NCBI GenBank assembly: GCA_004431415.1
Contig: QPMI01000133.1
Location: forward strand, 248,001-312,000
Reading direction: 5' to 3'
Origin: Cyanophora paradoxa CCMP329
Lineage: Eukaryota; Plantae; Glaucophyta
Length of the DNA stretch: 64,000 bases
The notes under the pieces were generated by a model. The model had not been told where the DNA came from and made no database searches. It was given only the letters and a program-made list of their open reading frames with translations. Below are positions 9,375-21,622 of the stretch, in pieces (position 1 is the first letter of the stretch; the number at the start of each line of letters is the position of its first letter). A program made the translations under genes and the position numbers.

Positions 9375-12300
9375 ATGACTTTCTTTACGACGGCGGTCCC
9401 CCCGCCCCGCTTCTCGGGCAGCGGCGGTGCACGTACGCATCCTCCCGCGGAATCCTCGTGCGCGGCCGCGTCGGCGCCGATCGCCAGTCTCCGGCCTTCC
9501 GAGCAACACCGCTATTTTTTCCGAGGCTTGCACAAGCTTCCGGCGTCCGTGCAGGTGCACATTTGCCCAGGAAGCGCAAATCCGTGGAGCGCGGGAGATT
9601 CTCATCAGATACGTACGCAGACCCGTCGTCGCTTCTTCGTCCCCTCGCATGCTCTGGCAAGCCAGGTGCATCTCTATGACCTATACGACGAAGCTCTTGG
9701 CCCGAGGCTCGCTCTGCCAGACCGATTCGCCGAGCTGCGCGAGTGACCGGTTCACGTCATCGATAACCGCGCGGCCCGATGACGCCGCGGCTAAGTTTGC
9801 GGCGGCCGTCTCGCTTGCCTACGAGTCAAAATCTACCGGCGTTCCAGTTCGCCACCTTGGGCGCTCGCTTGAGGAAATGCTCGCGAGGCTCTCCGGTCGG
9901 AGCCGCCCACCCGCGCTCGCTATGGCTGCCGGGTGCACCAGATCTCTTCTTTCGATACGTTTTCGGTTCTTACGCGTTTCCCTTGCAGCGCTCATGCCGC
10001 GCACGATCTGCCCGGCGGCAAGAAGCCAATTGATCCGATGTACAAGCTGCTCTCGCTCGGCGGCATGTTCTTCCTGATCCTGTTTAAGTGCGACTCCCGA
10101 TCGTTCTGAGCTAGTTCGCTATTCCGACTCGTTCCGGTTCGAATTCGCGCAGTTACACGGTGCTCCGTAGCCGGCGCCGGGCGCTAGCGCTCGCCTCCGG
10201 CGCCCGGGCTCACGGGCCCCGCCGCAGATCCTTCGCGACACGAAGGACGTATTGCTGGTCACCGGTGCGGAGATCGTCTTGAATCTCTGCTGCAACCGAG
10301 GAGGACGCGCCTCGCTGACCGGCGCATCCGGCCGCAGCGCCTGGTTCGGGAGCCGAGGCCATTCCTTTCATCAAAACCTACGTGCGCATGCCTCGGCGGT
10401 CGCCCCGGCGCGAGCCGCCGGACTCGGAGCGAGCGTTCCCGCGTTCGCCGCGCCCAAATCCCCGCTAACCCGCGGCACCGGCGCCCCCCCGTTCCTTCCC
10501 CGCCCGCAGGTCTGCGTCCCCTCGTCGATCCTCTTCGGTGCGTACGCGTACCCATCCAGCCCGCGTCCCGCGCCGCTCTCAGCCCCAGCTCACGCACGCG
10601 CCCGTAACCAGCGATCTTCTACTCTGCGATGTCGAACAAGCTCAGCCGGGAGCAGCTGTTCTACGGTACCCCGGTTCCCTCATGGGGGGGGTACAAGGTT
10701 GAGCCCCCCTGACCCGCCGACCTCGACCGGGTACCGCAGCGTCGATCGCGCCGTTCCTCTTCTTCTTCGCGACGTTCTCGACGGTCCTGTACCCCAACCG
10801 CGCCTGGCTGCACCCCAACGCCCTCGCAGACGTCCTCCAGGTCCGTACCCCCGAGCCTCTTCCCCCCCCCCCTCTCTTCTTTCGCGAACGCCCGCGCAGG
10901 CCGCGCTGCCGGCCGGCTTTAAGGGCCCAATCGCCCTCTTCCGCAACTGGACCTTCAGTGCGCACGCGTACCCGGCCCCGACCTCGCTTTCCTTTGCGCG
11001 TACCCCCTACCCGCTGAATCTCGTACCCCGCAGCGCTCTTCTACGCGCTGGCGGAGCTCTGGGGCTCGGTCGTGGTATCCCTCCTCTTCTGGGGCTTCGC
11101 GAACGAAGTCACGACGGGTACCCCCGGACTCTGATCTGCGCGCGTACCCTCCTCCTCCTTCCACTTACCGCTTTCGCCCGCAGTGGACGAGGCGAAGAAG
11201 TACTACCCCCTGTTCGGCCTCGGTGCGCCCTCCTGCCCCCTACCCCCCTCTCCGCATCCGTCCCCCCGCCCACTCTCGCGCAGGCGCGAACGTGGCGCTC
11301 ATCTTCTCGGGGCGAGTCGTGAAGTACCTGTCGAATCTGCGCATGCGCATGCCGGCCGGCGTCGACAAGTGGGGCCTCTCCCTCAACTGTGCCCGCCGCT
11401 CGCTTGCTCCCTTGCTAGCTTGCTTTGATGCGACCCCGAGCTAATTGCCCCGACCAGATTTGATGACAGTGCTTGTGGCCGGGACCCTGGGCATCATCGG
11501 CATCTTCGCGTTCCTGAACCGCGTCGTGGTTCGAGCTCGAATCCCCGCGGGGCCCCTTTCGATCTGAGATCTGCCCGCTGCGGCGGCACAGGACAAGGGC
11601 GCGGCGCGCGCGCACGGGGCCGCCGCCGCCGAGGGCGGGGGTGAGAAGAAGAAGGGCAAGCTCAAGATGGGACTCAAGGAGTCCGTCCAGTGCGCCGCCC
11701 CTCCTTTCCACCCCTTCCCCCCTACCCCCCTTCTCCCGCGCTCACTGTACCCCCCCCCAGGTACCTGGCGGGCTCGCCGTACATCCGGAACCTGATGCTG
11801 CTCGTCATCTGCTACGGAATGAGCATCAACCTCGTGGAGGGTGCGCGGGGGGGCGGGCGGGCGGGGCGGGCGGGGCGGGCGGGGCCTGGGGGGCTCTAGA
11901 TATCGATCGGATCAGATGGATGAGATCGTATCGGATCAGAGAGGGGCGCACCGCGCGATCCCCCTTCCTTCCTCTTTCGCCGCGCCGTCTGACCCGGGCC
12001 GGCGGGGCCGGGCCGGGGGCGCAGTGACCTGGAAGGGCAAGCTCAAGGAGCAGGCGAGCCCCCCACCCCCCTCGAGCCCCCAAATCTGGAGCTGACCCAC
12101 AAAACCACAGTTCCCGGACCCGAACGCCTACTCCTCCTTCATGGGCGACTGTGCGTACCCCCCTCGAGGCTGCAGATGGCTAGGGCAGGCTAGGCTGCAG
12201 ACGCCCGCCCGCTTCTGGCCTCCGACTGGCCCCCCCCTCACTCCAACCCCCGCGCAGTCTCGACGGCGACGGGGGCGGCGACTTTCGCGATGATGATCCT

Positions 12301-14643
12301 GGGCCGCCTCATCTTCACCAAGTTCGGATGGGGCGCCGCAGCCCTCGTCACCCCCTCCGTCCTGTGCGCGCCCCCGCCGCCCTCTCCCACGCCTCCGCCC
12401 CGCCCATATCCTAGGGGAGAGGGGAGGAGCTGCGCGCGGGCCGGGGCCGGGGCTCCGGCAGCTAATCGTGCCCAGCTAGCTTCCCACGCCCCCCCCCTCC
12501 CCGCCAAGCTCCGCTGACGGGGGCGGCTCGGGCCGGGCCGGGGGCAGGTGCGCGACGGGCCTGCTCTTCTTCGCCCTTGTCGTCTTCGGGCCCCAGGTGC
12601 GCACCAGGGCGAGGGGTACGGGGTCAGGTTAGGTCAGGGTTCGGAGGGAGGGCCGGGGGTTAGATAGGGGCGGGGCCGGGGGAGAAGCCCCATGTCCGCA
12701 GGCGCCATTGAGCCCTCGAGCCCTCGAGCCCGGCCCCTCCCCTCCCTCCTCCTCCTTCCCCTCCCCTGCGGGCCCCTCCCCTCCCTCCCTCCTGAGCCGA
12801 CCTCCTCCCCTCCCCTCCCCCGAATCCCCGCCCCTTAGCCTGCCCCCTCCCCTCCCTCCCTCCCTCCCCCTTCCCTCCTGATCCCCGCGTGCAGCTGGCG
12901 CCGCTGACGACGGCGGCGTTCGGGGTCACGCCCCTCTTCCTGGCCGTCCTCGCCGGCGCGGCCCAGAATGTCCTCTCCAAGTCCTCCAAGGTGCGAACGA
13001 AGGGTCTTTAGTCCCTCCCCCCGTGGATCTTTAGTCCCCCCCCCGGAACCCCACTCCTTCCCCTTCCCCCCCACCCCCCCCCCCCCCCCCCTCCTGACCC
13101 TCCTCTCCTGCAGTACTCGCTGTTCGACCCGTGCAAGGGATGGCCTACATCCCCTCGACCCGAGGCCGTGCGCCTCCTCCCCTCCCCCCTCCCCCCCTCC
13201 CCCTCCCCTCGGGGGAACCGACCAGGCCACGCTCTCCGGGACGGCTAGCTAGAGGGAACACCGCCCGCCCGTCCCGGCGGGCACGCCTAGTGCTCTCCCC
13301 TGCCCCTGCCCCTTCACCTTAGAACCTCGACCCCGGCCCGGGGCCGTGCTTGCGCCCCCCTACCAACCCCCTCCCCCCTCCTGAGCTCGCGCCGGTGCGC
13401 CCTCGCGCAGCGTCTGAAGGGGAAGGCGGCGATCGACGTGATCGGGAACCCGCTCGGCAAGTCCGGCGGCGCCCTCGTGCAGCAGGTACGAGGCGCCGGG
13501 GGCCTTTAGTTTACATTACACAGGCCTTAACATAAGATTAGAGAGTTATATTAAGCCTTCTTCATAGAGGGGCGCCGCCCTCGTCCAGCAGGTCAGTCGG
13601 GAGGCGCCAGCTGCAGCTAGAGGCCTTTACACAGAGGCTTAAGCTTCTCTGTACTTGTAGAAGAGTGTATAGAATCCTTCGCATAAGATTAGAGAATCGT
13701 GTAGATCTAGAGGCTTCTTCATAGGTGGGCACCCTCTTCCAGCAGGTCCGCTCGGTCCGGGTCGAGGGCCTTTGCACAGGGGCTCCTTAAGCTTTGTAGA
13801 AAATTACCGGCCTAGGTCGGTCGCGATCGCGAGCTTGAACCCGCGCTGACTCCCTCCCGCCCCCCTCCCCAGGCTCTCATCTTCGGGATGGGCTCCCTCG
13901 CCGCCTCCACGGTGCGCCACCCCCCGCGCAGCTGAGCTCAGCTCAGCGCGGTACCCCCCTGAGCGCGGGGCGGGCAGCCGGTGCTGGCGCTGGCGCTGGG
14001 GGCGACGAGCGCGGCGTGGATCTTCGCCGCCCGCTCCCTCGCCATCGACTTCAACAAGAAGGTCCGACTTCGTCACTGGCCACGGGCCCCGCCGCCCCGC
14101 GCCGGGCCGGGCTACGCTGATCTAATCGCAAACGTCGTCTTTGGGGCGGCTCGGCTGGCTGCTGGGGAATCCTTTTGGCTTCTAGAGCTAGGCTAGGCTA
14201 TGCCGGGCTGGGTTGGGCTCAGATCTGATCCGTCTGACGGCGCGCGCCCCGGGCCCCCCGCGATCGCGCGCCCCGCAGGAGACGGACATGCGCAAGCGCG
14301 CCGTGGCCGCCGAGCAGCAGCGCGATCGCGACGAGCGGTGCGCGCTCTGATCTGATCTGATCTGATTCCCTTTAATTTTCTGAATTCACACGTGTTCTGA
14401 TCGCGGGCGCTGCGCCGCAGGGGGCCCGAGGGTCCCGCCGGCGGCCCCGCCCCGCCCGCGCCGGCGCCGGCGCCGGCGCCGCAGTCGACGTCGGCGGTAC
14501 CCCCCCGGGTGGCGGCGGCCGGGGAGGCCCTCAGCACGAACGGGGTACTGGAATCGCCGCTGGGGGGCGGCGCGAACGCCCCCAGCAGGAACGGAAAGAC
14601 CCTCAAGGAGGGCGAGAGCCCCATGCCGCCCCTCAAGGCCTGA
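9375..14643 (+). CDS. NTT: Plastid-type ATP/ADP translocase (NTT/TLC family) with a long N-terminal extension (putative transit peptide)
   Basis: Spliced motifs: [150 protein letters not shown]. Stop TGA at 14641-14643. Start [13 protein letters not shown]. Apparent 1-nt deletions at ~13135-13165 are probably sequencing errors. Confidence 0.95.
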
Positions 14644-15695
14644 TTTGCGGGTTCGAATCCGGGCGGGCGGGCTCTGTACAGTCAAATTGCGTAGAGTGTA
14701 CAGAGAGGGCAGCTTCCTTTCAGCGTGTGTGTGCAGAGCGTCGTGATTTCAGTTTCTCCGTCTATCAGTTTCTCAGTCCGTCAGTTTCTCGGTATCTTTC
14801 ACGTGCACATTGTGACAGTGTTAGCGTTAGGGCCCTTGTGATCAGCTGCAGAAGCGGCCGCCTCGTAGTTTCAGATCTAGGGGCGGAGATCCTTCGAAAC
14901 ACTCGATTTCGGCTCGAGCCCGGGACCTGAACAACTTTCAAATGGCGAGGCTTATCGGTCCGCGGAAATTGCGATTGCGAAGTATCGTTTAATTTCAAGT
15001 CTGCGAGTCGCAGACTCGCAGTTAGACTTCAACTCAGCGACTGCAGCAGGGCCTGCAGCTGCAGCTCATGATCAGGTCGGGGCTTCAGAAAAACTTGCTG
15101 CTAGCGATACATTGTCTCCCAGGCTTCGAATTCAATATTTCAATTGCAACAACCGATCGATCACCTTGTACATGCATATGTGCCGCCCCCGCGGCCGCGG
15201 CCACATATCGATATCCATGCATATATATGCATGCGTCGTGCGCATGCTTGCAATTGAATTCGAAGCCTGGGGCGCCGAGGCCCTGAGGCTTGAGCTTGTC
15301 TTGGACTCGCGATCGAGGGCCTGATCACTGAGTCAAATCGAAGAGCCAAATTATGATAGACTAGGGGCCCGGCCGCGTTTGGCGCGCCGGGGGTGCAAGG
15401 GGGGAACCGGGATCTAATGAAAGAGTCGTAGTGGCACGGACATGCACGGGGCAGATCTAGATCGACCCCGGCCCAGCGCGCGCGGCAGGTTGAAGTGTAA
15501 AGGTACACACAGAGTATATATGATTGAAAAAAATAGAAAAGGCCCATTAAGCAGATGGTGCGATCAAACGGAATAAAGAAAAGCCTGAATGAAAGGCCAG
15601 ATTCAGCGCACTGTATATGAAAGATTGTTCTGGAGTGAAAAAACGCTGCGTATCAACTGTGTTCGCACGGCCTACTGCTAACCCTGAACAGCTGG

Positions 15696-16621
15696 CTAAA
15701 AGATGATGGTGCTGTCTGCAGAGGGCTCGCCGTAAACATAGGCGATCCAGGCCTTCTGGAGGGGGTCGGGGCGGAAGTCGAACATGGGGGTGAGCGGCAG
15801 CCAGCGGCGCCGGTCGTGAAGAGAGCCGTCCTGCGAGAGCATGGTGAGGCGGCCCGCCGCCTCGAGCGCCCGCAGAGCCACGCGGCTGGCGCGCTGCTCG
15901 CTCCCGCCGCGCATCTGGTAGACAAGGTCTTGAATTTCGATATCCGCGAGGCCGGCGTCACGGAGGCGCTTGAGGACTTCCATGTGGAGGTCCTCGATCG
16001 CAGGCCTGCCGTGGCAATCATGAGCAGAGGTCAGCTATGGGCGGTCCACTTGAATGAATTCTCGCGCACCCGACAAAGCGAACGACGAAGCGATGCTGCC
16101 GCGCAGCCGCGAGTGCTTCGACGGTCGCTAAAGCGAAGGCGACGGCTTGCTCGCGCGTGGGGGGGAAGCCAGGGCGGTCGGGGAGCTCGCGGACGAGGAC
16201 GAGCAGCGGCGTCTCAGCCGCTCCGAGCACGGACACGAGACCGCCGACGTCGGGGGCCGCTCCAGACGGCCAGGTGGACGCGGCGTGCCGGCCGCGGTAT
16301 CCGTCCGGCGGGAGCACACACGCGACGGCGCCCGCACAAAGCCGGCCGCGCGCGAGGCCGAGCCAGGAGGCGGCCGCGCGCGAGGCCGAGCCAGGAGGCC
16401 AATTTCAAGTTTGTAAAAAGTCGCGAAACCAGCTCACTTGGACACACAAACGCGCGCTTCACGGATCGCCAACTGAAGCTTAAGGCTGGGCACGCATTGC
16501 TGTGTTCGAACTCCCCTGCGTGGCGGTGAATACGTGCGTTAGCTGCTGCGTTTTTGCGAGCGTGCGCGCGGCTCGATGGAAACTGCACGAACTCGAGCGC
16601 TGCGACCGTGTTGCCGGACAT
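15696..16621 (-). pseudogene. Spliced gene of unknown function disrupted by a 28-bp tandem duplication
   Basis: A GT-AG intron at ~16004-16070 joins ..RFVVRFVG|PAIEDLHMEVLKRL..STIIF*. An exact 28-bp tandem copy (16344-16371 / 16372-16399) shifts the frame; removing one copy fuses ORF 16214..16621 with ORF 16018..16317. The 5' end is uncertain. Confidence 0.45.
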
Positions 16622-16860
16622 GAGCAGATGTGTTCACGGGCTCCGTCCGGACAATGTAAACAAATGCCGCCCGTGCACGACGATGAGAGCGTGCAGTGCG
16701 ACGGCAGGAAATCTCGCCCGAGGACAAGCTTAAGGTCCAATGCAGCTGTCCGTCCCATCTCGTCTGAAATTCGCCAAGGGAAGGTCTTTCCCTGAGCTAC
16801 TACTGATCATGAATTCGAATAAGGGAACTGCCGGTTGTTGCAAACACTGCTGAAGCTTAA

Positions 16861-18166
16861 CACTAGTAAAAGGGGGGTAGCAACTGACCTAAAAGCGGGC
16901 TAAAACCGGGCTAAAGTCGGGCTAACATAAGGTCGGACGTAATGCTCGGGTTAGATCGGACCTAAAACGGATTGGGTCGGACCTAATAGAGGCGCAGGCA
17001 GACTCCGGGATCTTAGCTTAGCTCCGGGATATGATCGGTCGGACCTCCGCCATATATAAATCGGTGATTGAATTCTGTTCATGATCAAAGGTTCTGTTAC
17101 AGTGTACACATGCACTAGTACTGAAATATCTGAAACCACGCGAACTACTGCTGAACTGAGAGCTACTGTACATCGGTTTCATGAATGAAAGGTCTGAAAG
17201 TTGAAAACTTGAAAGTACGTGCCGCCGGCGCCGCGCGCCCGGCGGCCGCCAGTGGCCCGCCACCCGCCCCGCCGCCCCGAGTTCGCGCTGCCGCCCGCCG
17301 CCCGCGCCACCGCCGCTGCTGCTCGCCGTCCGCTGCCCGGCGCCGCCTCCCGCCGTCCGCCGCCGCGCCGCCGTCCGCTGCCCGGCGCCGCCTCCCGCTG
17401 CCCGCTGCCCGCTGTCCGCTCGCCCGCGCTGCAGCGCGCGCCACCGCGCGCCGGCGCCGGCTACATACAAAGCGTCGCGACGACGCGATCGCCCTCCGCG
17501 TCAAGGCGGCAGGGGGGGCAGTCAAGGCGCTCCGCCCGATCCACTGGCCCCGCGCACCGTGGCACGAGTGGAAGTTGTATGCACTTCACATCTGATATCG
17601 ATATTTTTCTATATTTCCCCAAACTGACGCCTTCTCTCCCAGATGCCGCCAACTCCCCCGCACCGCCGCCGCGGCAGCTGAAGTCGTCCACGGCACGAGG
17701 CGTCGGCTCGCTGCTGCGAGTCCTGTACTACGGTATTTTAACCTGTACTTTTGCGTACGCTCACGTTCTTTAGTGTAGCGTACATGTACCTTACCTTGCC
17801 CAAACCCATGTGCAGCTGGGCAGCAGTGCAGTACTTTTCAATAGGCTGGTGTACAGTACCAGAAATTGCTTCCCAGCAATATATTGCGTGCGTTTCATCG
17901 CATGTATATCGAGCGCGGCGGGGGCGGGCGGGCGGGCGATCGGGCGGCCGGTCATTGGTCGGGGCTATATTCGATATATATATAGATGTATTCTTATAGC
18001 CCGCTTTTAGCCCGCTTATTGGTCCGACTTATTTTTATAGCCCGGTTTTAGCTCCACTGCAATCTTTTTAAGGTCGGTTATAGCCCGGGTTTACGTCGCA
18101 GCCGACCTACTTTTAGTTCGGTTTTAGCCCGCTTTTAGGTCAGTTGCTACCCCCCTTTTACTAGTG
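16861..18166. mobile_element. Non-autonomous CACTA (EnSpm/CMC) DNA transposon, 1306 bp
   Basis: Perfect 46-bp TIR CACTAGTAAAAGGGGGGTAGCAACTGACCTAAAAGCGGGCTAAAAC (16861-16906, inverted at 18121-18166). 3-bp TSD TAA at 16858-16860 and 18167-18169. Subterminal CGGGCTAA/TTAGCCCG repeats; no transposase ORF seen. Confidence 0.93.
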
Positions 18167-18543
18167 TAAGCTGCAGTGCAGCCAGCTGGCCTGTTAGCTG
18201 GATCCGTAACGACCGGAAAGCGGCGTGCAGCGGCGCGTCCGGAGGCAATGCCCAGGCCGGCCGCGGGTGACAGGCGGCGGGGGCGCACGCACGTGCACGC
18301 GGCGCAACACAGGGCGCACGCGGGGTGCCGAATGAGCGGACAGCACACTAGCTAGCGCTAGTCTGCTGTCCGGGTGCCGATCGCAACAAGAGCGCCGAGC
18401 GCCCGGCCCGGCCGGCGTGCTCGGCCGGCACACGCGGTTCTGCAATATAAGCTCGATATACTAAGTTATAAGTTATTACTTATGACGCAAGCGCACACAC
18501 GTAAAAAAACACGAGTAGTACGCAACAGCCGAGCCAAAACGCG

Positions 18544-19094
18544 ACGGAGCCCCTATTCAAACTCCCGACCTCATACTCAATTGGCACTTTGAGTACGGAC
18601 CAGTAGTAGAAGACCGCTGTCGCCGCCTGGCGGCGACTGCCAGTGGGCTGCCATGTGAACGCGCACCGCACGCGCGTGACTGCGCATGCGTTGGCCAACG
18701 CACTTGACTTAAGCTTGCGCTGGCAGCCTGGCACCGTGGCACTGCCAGGCTGGGCTGGCAGAGGCTGGCACAACGTTAACCAGCCAGCCTGGCAGCATGC
18801 CAGCTGCAGGCTGCGCAGCTGCCTAGCCCGGCCACGGAAGGCCGCACAGCGGCCCGTAGTAGGCGGCTGTAGCCTGTAGCTATAGAGGCCCCGTACTAGC
18901 CTAGTATACGTACCAGTAGGCTGGCAGTAGCGTACTACGGTACTACGGAGTCTACGGAGACTACGGTACGCAACGGAGCCCCTATTCAAACTCCCGACCT
19001 CATACTCAATTGGCACTTTGAGTTCGGACCAGTAGTAAAACACCGCTGTCACCGCCTGGCAGCGCCTGCCAGTGGGCTGCCACGTGAACGCGCA
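18544..19094. repeat. ~122-bp imperfect direct repeat (18544-18665 and 18973-19094)
   Basis: Both copies begin acggagcccctattcaaactcccgacctcatactcaattggcactttgagt and end gtgggctgcca(t/c)gtgaacgcgca. Confidence 0.85.
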
Positions 19095-19530
19095 TGCGCA
19101 GCGCATGCGCAGCTGATCATGAGCAGTGAGCGCACGCATGCCCACACTGTGCACGTGACAACCGGCCGGCGGGCCGGCGGCGGCCGCACAGCCGGCGCCC
19201 ACGCGCGCCCGCCGCCCAGCCGGCGCGCTGGCACCGGGCGACGCGGCCGCGCGCGCCGGCAGCGGCGCCGCCCGGGCGCCGGCGCTGGCCAGCTGGCGGC
19301 TGGCCATGGCCAGCTGAATCCGTCCGATCGGTCGTTGCCAAGTTGAAATCGATCGCGACGCGATGCGGTACGAATCGGTCCAATATCCCGATGACGTTCA
19401 TTGTTATCATCGGAAGTTGCTCCCGGAGTCCGGTACCAGGTACCGGCCAGTGGTGTCACACTGTCACTGGTGTGCACGTGCACGGAAAGTCCTAGTGGCG
19501 GACAGTGCCGGACACTGGCGGTCACTGGTG

Positions 19531-19596
19531 GATAACCGAAAGTAACGGAAGCTGGCGGATAACGTTAACGGAAAGTAACGGAAAGTAACGGAAACG
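19531..19596. repeat. Short tandem (g)taacggaaa repeats
   Basis: taacggaaagtaacggaaagtaacggaaac plus degenerate upstream copies. Confidence 0.6.
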
Positions 19597-20450
19597 CGCA
19601 CCGGAGTAATTACTGGTATAAGCTGTAGCCTGTAGGCTGTACTACGGTAGCCTGTAGGCTGCAGCTGCATTCATGCATGCAGGCGTACTACCGCGGGCGT
19701 AGTACGGGCTGTACAGCAGCTACAGCTTGCAGCTGTCGTTGGCTGAACAACCGCGTACACACATGTACAGGCACCGGACCTTCTAGATCTGTGCACGTGA
19801 ACGGACTGCGCATGCTGCTAGTAATCTAGTTTTCGAGCGAATTCGAAGCGCCCGATTCCCTGAATTCTAAGTAGCGCGGTGTAGCAATTTGAAGACGATG
19901 CTGATCCGATGATCATGAGCCCTAGGATCGTGCACGTGATTATTCTTTTGCCACGAGAGTGTCTAGATCTGGCAGACTGCCACGATAGTGACGATATATA
20001 TCGATGACGAGGCCGGCGCCGGCGCCCAACATGTGCACGTGCAGTTATTAATTATATTCATGCTCCGCTGAGAGCGCATGCGCAAATTAAAGCACCGTGG
20101 CACCTGCCCACCAGAGACAGCAGTGCGAATTTCGCGATTACAATTCATGATGCCGCGGCGCGATTCACGTTCACACAAAGACTTCACACACAGAGACTAG
20201 CCGCTGAGCTATAGCACTGGAGAAGCCCTGCGATTCACGTACGCGTTCGCGAAATTGCGAGATTTGCGATTCATTGATATTGCAGATTATACAAGTTCAA
20301 TAAATGGGGGGGTGCGGGGGGGCTTGCCCCCCTGCTTGTAAGCTCGATATAAGCGCAGCAAGAGAGTACGGTCTAGATCTGGCCGGCCGGGCGTGCTCGG
20401 CTGCGATCAGCTGCAGCGGCGCAGGCAGCAACGCAAGCAGTTTGCAGGCG

Positions 20451-20612
20451 GAAATCTAGAGGAGACGTTGACAGGTAGAGAGAAGTGGTTCCATGCAGAA
20501 CCGCGCAACGAAGAGTAAGGCGTACGCGACGCACTGCGAGGAAGCCGAAATCTAGAGGAGACAGCTAGCGCTAGGGAGAACTGGTTCCATACAGAACCGC
20601 GCAAGGAATTCG
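20451..20612. repeat. Two diverged copies of a 96-bp-period repeat
   Basis: gaaatctagaggagac..tggttccat..cagaaccgcgcaa at 20451 and 20547. Confidence 0.7.
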
Positions 20613-21622
20613 AAGACCGGCGTGAGAGAGAAGTTGGTTTTCCCCTCGAAAACCAGTTTTTCCCCTCGAATTCGACGCTCGAAAGTCGAGAGCTGACCGA
20701 TCCACCGAGCCAATCGGAACGCGAATAAGCGCCCTTTTTTTCAGGTGTTGCAAACTGGACCTCGAAAACGGCCTCATAGAAAAATTTTGGCTGAAGCGAG
20801 GGAACGGGAAGCAAGGGGGGGAAGACCTTCGGTCTTCTTTTCCCCCCTTGCAACATACATAAAATCAGCTTGCCGCCCCCCGATCGGCCTGGCATGCGCA
20901 GAGCTCGAGGCCTGAGGACCTGACCATGAACGTACACGCCGTTACGTTTCGCAATCGATATCGATCACTGCAGCTGGGCCGGGGCCAGATCTAGATCTAG
21001 GGGTCAACGTCGATCGCGAGCTCGAGAGCCTCAGGGCCGGGCCTCTGCCAGGCTGCCGCAAAGCCGCTGAGCAGTTTCGCAGAATGCGGTTGCAATCTTT
21101 TTGAATGATATCGATGCAGTCCGACGGTTGTTCATGAATCATGAATGATCATGAATTCGAAGTACATCGATCTCAAACAAGAGCAAGATATATATGTGTA
21201 TACTAATTTAAAAACGAAACTGCAGGGAGGGCTCCGAGGACTGATTAACACTAACTAGGAACCGTTGAACAGGGAAGAAATTATGATTATCGGATACTAG
21301 ACCGTACGCGACTGTCGGCCGCGGACGGCCGGACGAAGAGAACGCCGGCGCCGACCGTGCGGGAAGGCCGTGCAGGCGGACGTGGCCATGGAGACGCAGC
21401 TGCCGCAGTGCAGCAGTGCAGCAGAGACAGATCTAGAGCAGAAGACGAAGAGAGGAGGCCGACTCGGCGAGCTGCGGCGACGGCGACGGGAACGCGAAGG
21501 AAAGAATAAGGCGAGGAGGAAACCGAAACAAATTCGCGATCGAAGCTGGAACATGTATGAGACCCAACGCCGGAGATCTAGACACGCGACCAAATCCTGT
21601 ACAAGTTCTACTAATTAATTTT

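Noticed and set aside
13113-13170. NTT disrupted at YSLFDPCK..
   Set aside because: Restoring about three single bases gives the conserved CKEMAYIPLD. The exon lies amid long C homopolymers, so sequencing error is more likely.
20306-20334. G/C hairpin motif (also ~60249-60290) as a Helitron or other element end
   Set aside because: No adjacent CTRR terminus or second boundary identifiable.
20407-20937. 176-aa ORF with an internal repeat
   Set aside because: No recognisable motif or splice support; kept only as a nucleotide repeat.
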